Assembly (NCBI RefSeq): GCF_006345805.1
Contig: NC_043003.1
Coordinates: forward strand, 39,804,001-39,868,000
Reading direction: 5' to 3'
DNA: 64,000 nucleotides
Origin: Octopus sinensis
Lineage: Eukaryota
Shown here: piece by piece, positions 1 to 13,700 of the stretch
Position numbering within the stretch: the first letter of the stretch is position 1
How the letters are laid out: the number at the start of each line of letters is the position of its first letter
Translations under genes and position numbers: made by a program
Notes under the pieces: generated by a model
Seen by the model: only the letters and a program-made list of their open reading frames with translations
Databases searched by the model: none
What the model was told of the DNA's origin: nothing

Positions 1-881
1 TAGCTGTTTTAATCGTGTAACTGTCAACATTAATTAACTGGTCCCTCTTTTTGGCTGGTTTGGGATGTTCCGTTTCTCTCCCATGTTTTTCCCCATTTAA
101 CAAATGCTTGTATTAGTTTTTTTTTTTTTCAAAGGTATTTTTTTTATCTCAGCATCAATGCTCCATTATTATTCTGTACATATTTACCCAATGGTATACT
201 AGAAACTTTCGACAGTATCAAGATGTAGAAATTGCACATAATCAAAACAATACACTTCTGCTACAACCTCCTTAATCATGAACAAATTACAACTAAAAAC
301 TTCCTAAACTTTACAAATGCTAATCCTTTCAGATCAAAAGTTACATAACAAGGCTACTCTCCCCCTTCAGTTATAAACAGCTACTGGTCCTCAACATAAC
401 CTTAATGTCCCCAATTCTAAGGAAATTTTAATTAAAAATTTTTTTTTTTTTACTTGCCAAGACTGAAGGAAGCTACAGTGCTGATTACCTTTGTAAGCTC
501 TCCAGTTTAATTGATGCCAGAAATGTTCCTCTGGAATCATTTCCTGTCAGTAACAGCAGAAAAAAACCTGAGGATGAACATTGAGAAGAGAAGACAGCGT
601 ATAATGGTTAGTGAATGACCTAAGAGATTGGAACAACAGGGGTGATGAGAAATGAAACAGATGGGTCAAGAATGCCCGAGGGGAGATGATATTGGTCCAA
701 CCATCTCTGAGAAGCAGAGTCTATTATAGTAGTGGTAGAAAAAGTAGAGAAAGGAAGCAGCACACTTGTGGGCCAGAGCCAGGAGCATGTGTGTAAGTGA
801 ATTTGTGACAACACTGCTACTACATACACAAACCTTAACAATGGATTGATTTTGCCAACCGACATTCCCCAACACACTATA

Positions 882-1117
882 TTTTTCTTTATTGCCTACT
901 AGGGGCTAAACATAGAGGGGACAAACAAGGACAGACAAAAGGATTAAGTCGATTACATCGACCCCAGTGCGTAACTGGTACTCTATTTATCGACCCCGAA
1001 AGGATGAAAGGCAAAGTCAACCTCGGCGGGATTTGAACTCAGAACGTAATGGCAGATGAAATACCGCTAAGCATTTCACCCGGTGCGCAAACATTTTTGC
1101 TAGCTCGCCACCTTACC
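882..1117 (-). mobile_element. tRNA-derived SINE family B (young subtype), full length
   Basis: Head GGCGAGCTAGC...GAGTTCAAATCC (B box); 16-bp TSD tccccaacacactata at 866-881 and 1118-1133; >25 related copies in window. Confidence 0.85.
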
Positions 1118-2137
1118 TCCCCAACACACTATAGCTATTAGGACATCAACATACAGTGCAGTCTCTATGTTTCTACATTGAGTCCTCTTAATCTCTTAAT
1201 TAATAAGTCGCCCATCATCTTATTTACTTACAACTTCTTTTACTCTCTGATTAATCCTCCAATCCTATACAAAACACTCCACCAAATCCTTCCTAAAGCT
1301 TAAATCCTCTGCCCCTCTTCCCATCCCAAACACATTTTCCCAACAGGCATTAAACCTGCCAAAATTCAAGCTGAATGTCAACAAAATTGATGCCAGCAGT
1401 CTTCAGAGATTTTGTAAAATTCATGGGCATTGCCCCTCGTCCAGTTATTAGATGGCTGTAATGATTTCTTTTAAGATCAAAGAAAGTTTATAAAGTTCAT
1501 TAACTCTATTATGGTATATATTATATTACTAATAATAATTTCATCAACCTCAGAGATTGTCAAATTCAGTAAAATCTTCCTTCTAGAAATGCCATCAGTC
1601 TTCAAACTGTATCAATCATTTTGCATCAAAAGCATCTTTAGATTAATCTGTAGATGGAAAATTTGAGGGAATTTCAGATGAAAAACACTGTGAAATAATT
1701 CCCTGTAGCTGTCTCTCACCTTGTAGGAGAACATAAACTTAGAACATCAAGCTAATGAAACCCTGGTTAAATATGTTGTTTACAACTACTTCAGCTATGA
1801 TACTAAGGCTACAAAAAGAAAACAAAAAACTCTAAAATAATACAAAACAACCTCATCATATTCTCCTACACGATAAATCTAATGATCCATGTATTTGCAC
1901 CTTATAGGATTTGAACTGAAAACTGTTCAGTTCCAGATCAGGTCTGAAGATGTCAACTTAGAAAAGGGGGAAAAAAATTACTGAATAAATAAGAAAACAA
2001 ATTAGTTAATAAAAATCATTTCTTTATTTCATACAATGGCAACAAACAAAATATAATTGACTGGTATACATTTACCATAACTTGAGTATTTATCAAAATA
2101 TGAAAATATATCAGTAAAAAAGCAAGACAGTGCAGTG

Positions 2138-2182
<45 letters not shown>

Positions 2183-2256
2183 CATGTATATGTTTCTGTA
2201 TTTGTTGATATCAATATGTGAGCAAAAATGTATACATACATTCATACATACATGTA

Positions 2257-2456
2257 CGATGGGGTGCTGAAAAGTTCCTGCCTTTAAGGGTCTTGTGAAA
2301 GGCCTGGTTGGAGGTCCAACCTTCCAAGTTCTTTTACAGGGCTTAGAAAAGCTGAATGACTGCTGCAATATGTGTGTGAATCTGAGAGGGAAATGTGTTA
2401 AATAAAATCCTGTATTTTCTTTTACCCAAAGCCAGGAACTTTTCAGCACCCCCTTG
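2257..2456 (+). mobile_element. mariner internal-deletion derivative (MITE)
   Basis: TA TSD; TIRs cgatggggtgctgaaaagttcctg / caggaacttttcagcacccccttg; interior encodes decayed mariner C-terminus (GLEKL..CCNMCVNLRGKCVK*). Confidence 0.8.
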
Positions 2457-5400
2457 TATGTATGTCATTATAATGCATGTAATCTACAACTAATAATGTA
2501 AAACAATGTAAAAAAAAAAGTCAAAATCAACACTTTATTTTGATGATTTACAGTGTACTCTCCATCTATAGCTATTTCATCAGTATTAACTTATAAATTT
2601 TGGCTTAACTTCAATAAACTGAAATGAAGGTTAAATAGAAGTTATCGCTCATACTTCAATACAGTTGGATGAATCAAGTGTGATAGGCATCCAGATATTA
2701 TATATAAAACAAAACAAAAAAAACAATCATATGCTTCAATTTAACATAAACAGATATTTGATGAAAACTAATCCATTTATGTTATAATGAATATATCACT
2801 ATCATTGATTTTCTGACTTCTACACAGTCTGATTGTGTTTGTAATACATCAACCTTCCTCATATTTTGGACCCCTGATGCTTGTAACATCAATTGATATC
2901 TGGATCTGTTGAAATATTTACTAATGGTTATGACAACATTACATCACTTAAAGTATCGGCAGTTCTTTGTTGGAATTGAATACTGAAGAGCAGTTCCTTT
3001 ACAATGCAGATAATATTTCACATGATTTATCCAACAGAAATTTAACTGTAGATTGCAGCAAATCAAGACCTGGATTTTACTTAAAGAGCAACATAAAATG
3101 CCTGTTGTTTATTATTGTTAGATAATAAATGGATTAAAGCTGAACACTTAACCATTACACGACAGTGTCTCTAACTTTTGGCCAGATACTTCAGAGTAAT
3201 AATAATATATGAAATAAAAAATGGTGACTGAAGAATGAGGATAGGCTGAAATATGTAATATAGAAAAAAAATGTAGAAAATGACAAAAAAAGTAAAATCA
3301 ACAATAGACACACACACACAGTTACATTATTACATATGTGTTTGTATATTTAAAAACGATGAGCATTTATAACCAGTACTTGGATAAATTTTTGGCGATT
3401 GGAGTTAAAAATAAAAATTTACAAACTCCTTTGATTATGTGAATTGGTTAAATATGTAAATATCTAAGAAAAACAATTTTTTTTCTTGAAAAGTTTTCAC
3501 TTGAAAGTGTAATAAAAATTACATACTTGTATGCTTATATCTATATATTTTAAAAACTTGTATGGATAGACAGAAGCATACATATAAACGCATGTGTAAA
3601 CATATGGACGGCATCAAAAAAAAATCTCAGAATTGTATATACGAATCAAAGTGGACGGAATTTTTATCTTCGTAATAATTTAAAATGTTTGTATGTTTAC
3701 AAAATAATGATAATTTGATGATGAAAAACACATTAAGAATGATAAATATTGTTTGAGTATAAGTATATGAATATTTTATTTTATTTTAGCATTTTTAGTC
3801 TTTTCAGGGTTAAAAATGTTTCCACTCAGTTGTCAATTTATACTACAATATTATATATATTTATTTATTTATTATTCTATTTTTATAATTTTTGTTCTAT
3901 GTTTGCATAAGATGACTCTTATCAGAATATGAAGCTTATAAAATGACACACTGAATGTGCTTTTTGATTTACTGAGACATTGTGGGTCTGACAAAATAAT
4001 CTGTATCCTGGTCCCCTGGCTCTTTAATCAAAACAAAGAAATTTACATTAGAAATTACAGAAAATTTTTAAAAAGTATGATGCTGGGGAAAGAAAAAAAA
4101 AAGGGATTTTAGATAAAATTTGTTAAAAGAAAATTTTTTTAAACAAACAAGTTATATTGAAAACACAACTATGTGCAAATTTGATCTTTTTATCAAGGCT
4201 TTTTCACATTAATTTATTAACCTTATTGATACCAACCCATTTAAGACTGCCCCTGGTTTTATGATGCAAATTTCATGATTTAAAGCAATCTAAATTAAAA
4301 CCTTCCATCAAAATTTTAAGCTAATTTATGTTCTAAATACAGGCTTAATAATCCTTTCTGTTATAGACACAAGGTCCAACATTTTCTTTTAGAGAGGGCT
4401 CGTCAATTATATCAACTCCAGTATGCAGCTGGTACTTAGTTTATTGACTCTGAAAGAATGAAATGCAAAGTTGACCTTGGCAAAATTTGAACTCACAACA
4501 TAAAGATGGACGAAAAGCAGCTGCTAAACAGTTTTCCTAGCTAGCTAACAATTCTACTAGCTCACCACCTTAAAAATACAGGTTTAATATGATAGTTATT
4601 TTACCAAATTTTTCATTATTTTGAAAGTTTTATTTGAAACAAAAGCAGTGTATCCCAACAGAAATAATGGTAGCAAGAGCGTTAATCCATGGTTAGTTTT
4701 AGATCAATAAAGTTCTCTTGTCTATCAAGGATCATGATTTTATTATTGGTGATATCATCATCATCACCAGATTTTTGGCTGCTAACTCCAAGTTACTTTC
4801 AGTAATGAGTTATTGTTCCTAATTTTATTACTAGGGTGCTGTGTACTTTTACAATGAGGAGCTATTGTAGCGAAATACGAAACAAAACTAGTTAGAAAGC
4901 ATTATCTTTTATCAGTAAAGTGAGTAGCCACATCAAAGTAACAGACGAATGTCACTACTAGTTTAACCCCAGGCGGATTCTCCACCAGCTGGTTTTTGGT
5001 GCAGGCTTTGCACTCTTTATATACAATAAATTGCTAGCAGGGGGAATGAATCCCTACTACTCTCCAGCAGCTGACAGAATCACAGGACCAGCCAGTTTTG
5101 AGCTATTTGACTCACATCTTCTATCTTTCACTTGTTTCAGTCATTGGACAGTTGCCAGGCTGAGGGTTCAGTTGAACAAATTGACTGCAGTACTTATTTT
5201 AAGTGTGATTACGTATTCTTTTGGTTTATTTTGCCAAACTGCTAAGTTACAGAGATGTAAACAAACCAACATTGCATATCAAGTATATACGACAGGCATC
5301 CACACAGTTTCTGTTTACCAAATTCCCTTACAAGGCATTAATTGGTCTGGGGCAATAGTAATAGACACTTGATGAAGATGCTGAGAAATGGGACTGAACC

Positions 5401-7541
5401 CAATACCACATGGTTGAAAAGTGAGCTTCTTAGCCTTACAACCATGACTACAAACAATCTATACAGAATTTTTCAGTACATAAAAATGAACACAGGTACA
5501 GTATTTTTGAAGATACTAAGTACAGAAATTGATGAATGAAACTAACTTGGAGTCAATGGGGAAATATTTAATCATCAATGATGTCAGAAAAAAAAAATGC
5601 ATAATTCCCAAGATTCGTGCTAACTATAAAACAACAAATTTGACATTATAATCATTTTATCCAGAAATTTAAATTGAGAAATTTTAGAAATGCAAATGGG
5701 ACCTGAACTGCTATAGTTTCAAACTAAACATAAAGATCTAATATAGAAATACTAAAAGTCAAATTTTATATACAAAGAATTATATAAATATGATCAAACT
5801 TGAAAGTGTGTTTTCAATATAACACATGCATACACACATGTGTATGTGTGTGTGTGTGTGTGCACGCGCACATACATGCATGATTTCTCTTCTTGATTAG
5901 TGGATTTTTAGAGTATATTTTGGTCAACCACCAGCACTGTAGCAAGGTTGTAACGAAAAGGTATTAGGAAAAGGGGATCTTGTTCATTTCATCATCTTTC
6001 TTTGCAACCATTCAGCTATTAAAGGTGTGTGAGCATGTGTCTGCATGCTTATGTGTGTATGTATGTATCACTGATTATAATTTTACGTCTGCTTTTTCAT
6101 GGTGGCACAGGTTCGGCATGTTATCACAGTCAAAGTGAGCTCTTATTTAAAGTTACTGTCCTCCTAAATAAGAAGAACTGTGTCTCATTTACATGATTTC
6201 TACAGCTGGATGACTTTTCTATCACCAACTACTTTCAGAATGTATGAGATTTAGTTAATCAAGGCTCCAGCACTAGAGAGGTTGTTGTGTCTCTGGCAAG
6301 ACTCATAGAGTGACCTTTCTACTCAAGGTTGCTTCCATAAGTTTCTTTCCTACCCAACTATTAAGTGAAAGTAGAGTAAGAATGAAAGTGTGATAGAAGA
6401 GAATGGAATTGTAAAAGCTCTAGAGATAGGAATGAAAGAGAGAAAAAGAGAGAGAAAATAGTAGACAGCTACACAATGGTTGCTGATAAGGATATTGAAA
6501 GGAAGCAACATGACCTGAGAAGATGACAGAAGTGGGGAATATGTGAGTGTGTATGCATTTATGTGTATGTGTGTTCACTAAAGTGCATAAACGAAAGAGG
6601 AAGAGAATGTTCATTACATGCAGTATAAATTTTTAATGTTCACCAGTTGCCGAAAATAACAACCAATGAGAAAGTCATAATAGTGACAGAATGAATAAAC
6701 AGTGTAGTATAATAGAACACAGTATAATTGTATATATTTCAAAAAACGTTTTCTTTAAAAAAAAAAAAAACTCCTGGTTAGTAAAATATAACAAAAATAA
6801 AATATATAATTATTATCTTTAGTGCTTAGCCATATAGGCACCAGTTTGAGTCAAAAAAGAACAACTTGAACAGTGATTGATCTTAAACCAATATATCTAT
6901 AAATTGTTTGCTTGACAATCATGTTAGCAATTGTATTTAGGTTACCTGCCTTTCTGTCTCTTCAAATTCAATATTATAAATTGTTTCTGTTATTTTAACT
7001 CTTTTGTTTTATTTCTACAAGATAACTTACCAGTCACTTAGCGGTAGCAGGATAGGCTATCCTGTTATGTCCAACATAGCAAGGTATCTTAGTTTGGTTC
7101 AGTGTTTCCAATGAGAAATAACTTAATGAATCTAATTAAGAATTAACTAAGATGTGAATGCAAGTGATATTGATATCAAGTGACAGTTGTGTTTAGTTAA
7201 AACCCGTTTCATAAGCAATAACCTTTAACCTCAAACAGGAGCATTGACCTCCTACTCCAACCCATAAGTAAAAGTTATCTTTAGTAACCCAGAAGAAATT
7301 ATTTCTTTACATAATTAGGAATAATAATTATAATGACATGATTAGAGAGGTATTCTGGGAGATGACACATGTGGTGGTGGTAGGAGGTGGGGTGATGAAT
7401 GTGGTGAGTGTATATATGTGTTTGTGTGCGAGGATCAATAGAGTACAATAGACTTGCTGATACTGGATTAAGGTGGTGGCTAAGCATTTTTGCCTAGCAT
7501 GCTTACAATTCTGCCAGCTCACTGCCTTAATAATAATAATA

Positions 7542-8350
7542 GGGTAATGTAAAAGTGATACCAGTGGTGATCGGAAAATTGGGCTCAATCCCATTGAAAC
7601 TTAGAGACTTCCTAAGGCAACTGGAAATCCCATGCAAAATTGATGTCTTGCAAAAAGCAGCCTTATTGGGCACAGCGCACATCTTAAGGAAAGTATTATC
7701 TGTCTGAGGTCCTTGTTTTGACTTGACACCGGTGCATTTTTAACTACACTGTGTTACGAAGGAATAATAATAATATTCAAACATTCATATTGACAAAGTA
7801 ATAGAAGCTAGAAGGCCTGATTTAGTTGCAGTAGACGAAGAGAATACAAAGTGCCAGGTAGTAATCGAGTTCACAGTCCCAAATGATGAGAAAGTCAATA
7901 TGAGGGGTATAGAGAAAACAGAAAAGTACGGGTAAAATGTATCCCTGTAATTGTAGGTATATTAGGAACTATCCCTAAAGATTAAAAGAGATGTACAGAG
8001 GAAATGGGCATAAAACTTCATAATAATAATAATAATATGTAGGATGTGCATGGTGCCTAGTAGTGCTATATAACATATAGAAAATAGCACTACTAGGCAG
8101 TGCACATATCCTATGTAGAGCACTTTCAAAACACTGAAAATAAGAGCACCACAACAAACCAGTGCACATACCCAAGGCACACAGAACTGTGCTTGGTATT
8201 GCAGTGAAAGAACGTGATAAGATTAAGACTACTGAATAATAATAATGACTTTACAGTTCCAAATGATGAGAAAGTCAATGAGGGTTACAGAGAAAATAGC
8301 AAAATACAATGATACCAGGACTTAGCCTTTAAGTTACAGAGGCTAGAGGA
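7542..8350 (+). mobile_element. three head-to-tail fragments of R4/Dong-clade (restriction-like endonuclease) non-LTR retrotransposon
   Basis: Translations VKVIPVVIGKLGSIP...LQKAALLGTAHILRKVLSV* and IEARRPDLVAVD...VIEFTVPNDE..EKTEKY; fragments separated by (TAA)n. Confidence 0.75.
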
Positions 8351-8824
8351 AATAGGAAGTTATATCGACATAAAAACTTAATTGGTACTTTTTTTCTATC
8401 AGTCATAAAAGCATGGCAGGCCAGCTAACTACAGTAGGATTTGAACTCAAGACAAAGAGATGTAACTAATTACCCTGATATATTTTGCTAAGTACACTTA
8501 TAATTTTATAGTTATAATTATAAAGAAACACAAGGTGGTGAGCTGGCAGAATCATTAGCACACTGGGCAAAATGCATAGTGGTATTTCATCTGTCTCTAT
8601 GTTCTGAGTTCAAATACCGCCAGAGTCGACTTTGCCTTTCATCCTTTTGGGGTCGATAAAATAAGTACCCACCTTCTAAATTGCTGGCTTTGTGCCAAAA
8701 TTTGAAACCAATTATCATAAGAAAGCACTAATAATTTAATCATTATCTGCTAGCAATAATTATGATAAAGACTAATAAAACAAACTAAACATTTGTTTTT
8801 TTATAAGCATTGAAATGTGTATTG

Positions 8825-9039
8825 TAAGATACAAGTAAGATAATTTATTTTCAAACAGAGAAATGCCATTAGAACAGCAGAATTATTGGGTAAATTACCC
8901 TTACAAAGCAGAAAAAGTTGTCAACATAGCTGTTTGTTGACAAATTTTTCTGTTTTGTAAGGGTAATTTACCCAATATTTTTGCTGTTCTAACAGAGTTT
9001 TTGCACTTGAAAATAAATTATCATTTTATTCATATCTTA
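8825..9039. repeat. imperfect palindrome / fold-back
   Basis: Core arms 8869-8926 and 8935-8992 nearly complementary around an 8-nt loop; weaker outer arms. Confidence 0.85.
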
Positions 9040-10241
9040 TGAAGTACTAATAATTTTATTATCCACATGTAATAATTATAATAAATTGTAATAAACCACT
9101 AAGTAATAATTATAATAAAGATTTCTAAAAAATTTTGACTGGCTAACATAGTTTTTAAAATGACTTCTCTGCATTATTGCTACTTAATTTGTCAACCTGT
9201 GAGTAATAAAAATCAAAGTTGACACCAGTGGGATTTCAGAATGAAAAGGGACATAACAGAACACCACTGGTATTTTGCCTGGTACTCTACCAATTCTGAG
9301 CAATAACAATAATAATAATTCTTCCTGTTGTAGGCACAAGGTCTGAAATTTTATAGGGAGGGTGCTAGTTGATTACATCGACTCCAGTTCTCAACTGGTG
9401 CTTATTCTATTGGCCCAGAAAAGGTGAAAGGCAAAGCTGACCTTGTCAGAATTTGAACTCAGAATGTAAAGACATGAAATGTCATTAAGTATTTTGTCCA
9501 GTACGGTAATGATTCTGCCAGCTCGCCATCTAATAATAATTATAATTATAATAATCCTTTATACTAAAGGCACAAGGCCTCATATTTGTGGGGAGAGGAC
9601 TAGTCAATTACATCGACCCCGGTGTTTCGCTGGTACTTAATTTATCGAACCCAAATGGACAAAAGGCAAAGTCGACCTCAGCGGAATTTGAACTCAGAAT
9701 GTAGCAATGGCTGAAATACCGCTAAGCATTTCATCCAGCACGCTAATGATTCTGCACTCTTGCCACCTTATGTAATAATAATAATAATAATGGTAATATT
9801 GGTTTCAAATTTTGGCACAAGGCTAGCAGTCTTGGGGAAGAAGGAAAGTCATTTGCATTGACTCCAGTTTGTGACTGGTGCCTTATTTTACCAACCCTGA
9901 AGCATGAAAGACAAAGTTGACTTCAGCAGGATTTGAGCTCAGAATACAGACCAAGCATGAATAAGGCAAAGCAAATTTTTCTAACGCTTTGACAATTTTG
10001 TATAATAATAATAAAAATAATAATAATAATGATGATGATGATGATGGTAGTGGTGGTGATGATGGTAGTAGTAGTAGTGGTGGTAGTAGTAGCAGCAAAA
10101 AACCAACAATAAAAAAAAAATCATAAATGACTGGATCATATATCGAAATTTTTGGATTGTAAACATTTCTCTGTGGCTGATAACAGCAGAAGTCAAAGTG
10201 GAAAGACCCACTTGAGTTGACGGGAAGATTCAGCACGTGTG

Positions 10242-10276
10242 TTAGGTGGAGTCAAAACTGCTCAAGGAGCTGACCA
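10242..10276 (-). CDS. DZIP1: probable terminal coding exon 21 (VVSSLSSFDST*)
   Basis: Strong acceptor TTTTATTTTATTTCTCATTGCCAG, phase 1 fit, TAA at 10244-10242; short, so less certain. Confidence 0.55.
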
Positions 10277-10658
10277 CTGGCAATGAGAAATAAAATAAAA
10301 ACATATATAAATAACACAAAATTTAAATAAAAGCTGGTATAAAAACATTATATGCACTGGTCTGAGATAGGAATGAGTAAAAGATCGAGTATTGGAGCTC
10401 AGATTAAATATCTATTGAGAGACTGTATTATTGATTATACTGCAGAGTATCTACCATGCCATCTGCTCAAATTATTTTAACTGTATTATTTTTAACTCCA
10501 CAGATGTGGCTGTGTGATTAAAACGTTTGCTTCCCAACCACATGGTTTTGGGTTCAGTTCCACTGCATGGCACCTTGGACAGGTGTCTTTTACAATAGCA
10601 CTGAACTGACCAAAGCCTTGTGAGTAGATTAGGCAGAGGGCAATCAAAAGAAGCTTAT

Positions 10659-10700
<42 letters not shown>

Positions 10701-13700
10701 CTACCTACAAGGGGCTAAACACAGAGGGGACAGCCAAGGACAGACAAATGGACTAAATCGATTATATCGACCCCAGTGCATAACTGGTATTTAATTTATC
10801 GACCCCGAAAGGAAGAAAGGCAAAGTCGACCTCGGCGGAATTTGAACTCAGAACGTAATGGCAGACGAAATACAGCTAAGCATTTCGCCCAGCGTGCTAA
10901 CGTTTCTGCCAGCTCGCCACCCTTGTATATATATATGTGTATGTGTTTGGGTCTCTTTGTCTTGGTAGTTGTAAAGGAATGTCACTGTCATATAAGCAGT
11001 ATTGTTCATTTCCAATGCTCTGAGAAAACATGTATGACCATAGGGAAATATCACCCTGCTTGGAAACAGGTAAGTTTTGGTGACAGGAAGGGCATTTGGC
11101 CATAGAAAATCTGCCTCAATAAACTCTGACCTATGCAAGGATGGAGAATGATTGCTAAAATGATGATGACGGTGATGATGATGAAGGTTATTTTCTTAAT
11201 CACTTAGTGCTAAAGAGAGAGAAACTATTCTAAAGTCTAACATAGCATACTGATGAAGAAGAGCTTTTCTTCAAGGTGATATTATCATTATCATCATTTA
11301 ACATCCGTTTTCCATGCTGGAAATATCATGGGTCGGACATTTTGACAAGAGCTGGTCAGCTGGAGAGGTGTTTGCATTAAAAAAATAACTCATGTGGTAT
11401 ACAAACTTTGTTTGATTTTTCACAGAAAGGCAAACTATTATGTTTGTTAAGGCTATATTTTATACTGCAAATGAATCAAAGAACCATCATATAGAACATT
11501 ATTAATTAATTAGTTAATGTATGTTATTAGTTGATATCTGTTAAGTAAATTAGATGGACCAGTTTGACTTAACTCAAATTGGTATAAAGCATAAAACACT
11601 TACAAGTTACTCATCTCTATTATCAGAAGGGTATTTTTTTTCGGCCAAAAGTACCAAGACTAAAAACTAATCAGGTTCATACTTTATAAAGTTAAAGTTA
11701 CTTTCTCGAGTCATACTGAGTCATACTGACTCATAAGGACTGGTTTCCCAGTTTCATGGCATATATATTCCCCTCCTGGATGGAATGCCAGTCCTTTGCA
11801 GAATTACTCATTTTTGCCAGCTGAGTGAACTAGAGCAATGTGAAATGAAGTGTCTTGCTCAAGAACACATGTTGCCTGGTTCAGGAATTGAAACCACAAT
11901 CTTACAATCAGGAGTCCAACACCCTAACCACAAAGCCACGCATCTCCACTCATACTTTATAGCCTTACTCTAAATATAAACAAATTGATTACATCAAATG
12001 TTGTTATCTGTCAATGGTTAGGACTTACCTAACCATTGACAGATAAAAACATGTGATGTAATCAATTTGTTTAAATTTAGAGTAAGACTATAAAGTATGT
12101 TTGTTAAAAAGAGGGAAATTGTGGATTAGAGGTGTATTTCTCTTTCTGGTCTCATATTGGCATTTGCAGTGCCTAATATCCTTGGCATTGAAATATCAAA
12201 TAAATACTATTGCATGTATGTTTTGTGGGACCTGCAAAACTTCATTTCTGCAATTTATTGCTTTATTCACTTAAAGTGTTTTAAGTTCAAATCCTTCCAT
12301 ATTTTGTTAAGGGCCAACATAACCCCATGTGTTATGAGATCTCTTTTAAATCATCATCATCACCATTATCATCATCGTTTAACATCCGTTTTCCATGCTA
12401 GCATGGGTTGGATGATTCGACTGGGGTCTGGGAAGTCAGGAGGCTGCACCAGGCTCCAGTCTGATCTGGGAGTGTTTCTACCGCTGGATGCCCTTCCTAA
12501 TGCCAACCACCCCATGAGTGTACTGGGTGCTTTTTACATGCCACCGGCACAGGGGCCAGCGGAGGCTGACAATGGCCACAATTGGTTAGTCCTTTTTACG
12601 TGCCACCGGCACAGATGCCAGTCAAGGCAGCACTGGCATCGGCCACGTTTGGATGGTGCTTTTTACATGCCACTGGCACGGGTATTGCAAATACAATTTC
12701 CATTTAATTTTTATTTTGTTGTTATAAAATCTTAGGAAGGGGGTCAGAGAGCTAAGATAAAGGAAGAGGACAAGAAATAAAGGGTGTTTGTGAAAGATAT
12801 GTAAGTAGTAACTACAAAGCACTTACCTTTAGAGGAGGATCCCCACTTACTGGTACTGTAAGTGTTAGTAGAGACCTCAGTGTCAAGAGCTGTGCGGCTT
12901 GCTGGTGTGGATGTATATCTGCATGTGAAAGGAAATAAGGCAGCCATAGCAGTAATTGTCCAACATTGTTAACATCATCACCACTACCAATATGATCATC
13001 AACATCAGCTCTGTGCATTATAAACATAACCATCATCATCATCATTGCCATCACCAAGTTTTAAAAACCCATTTACAACTGCTATGCAGTTTGAAGACAA
13101 GGACATACACACATATATACACATATGTATGTGTTTGCATGTCATTTACTATAGTCCCAAGCAGTTTCTATCAGCTTAGGGCTATAGTAGAAGAGACTTA
13201 CCTAAGGTGCTCCACAGTAAGACTGAACCCAAAGCCACATAACTACACCTGCACCTCTCTGTGTGTGTGTATAGATGAGCAATAGGTATAACGGTCATGT
13301 TAAGAAGCTTGGTTCACAACTGTATGGTTCCAGAGTCAATTCTAATGAACAGCAACTGGGGCAAGTGTCTTCTACTGCAGTGAATGAAATTTGGAAACTG
13401 TGTAGAAGCCTGCTGCATATTTGTGTTTGTAAAGTATAAGACTGAAAGAACCATTTAGCCTTGTTAAGAACATGACTCCTTTCCAGTTCTGGTGTCAGAA
13501 AAAAAGTACCTAATAAACTCTGTAAAGTAGTGAGTATTAGGAAGTGCATCCAGCCACAGAATCTCAGTCAAAAATAAACTCATGAGCAAGATAGAGTCCT
13601 TCAACCAACCTGGGTGAGTAGCACACACAAATATGTTCCGAATCTGACCATGGAGACTTGTCAAACCCTAAGAAAGCCTATTGAAGAGAACACATAATTT

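Noticed and set aside
4217-4686. TTAACC...GTTAA piggyBac-like MITE family (also ~19178-19956, 36755-36970, 62810-62970)
   Set aside because: Repeat is real, but termini are decayed and interrupted so boundaries and class could not be supported
9883-10236. 117-aa and 76-aa minus ORFs as DZIP1 terminal exon
   Set aside because: Low-complexity microsatellite translations; the phase-1 frame from the 10276 acceptor stops at 10242
10776-11105. ORFs with YRPRKDERQSRPRRNLNSE or RRAKCLAVFR peptides (also 17753, 21937, 33005, 44817, 63061)
   Set aside because: Translations of SINE B, not genes
12157-12735. 192-aa plus-strand ORF
   Set aside because: Runs through the antisense RTE 3' UTR and (CAT)n tail; equivalent ORFs recur at 15521, 19451, 30099 and 51099
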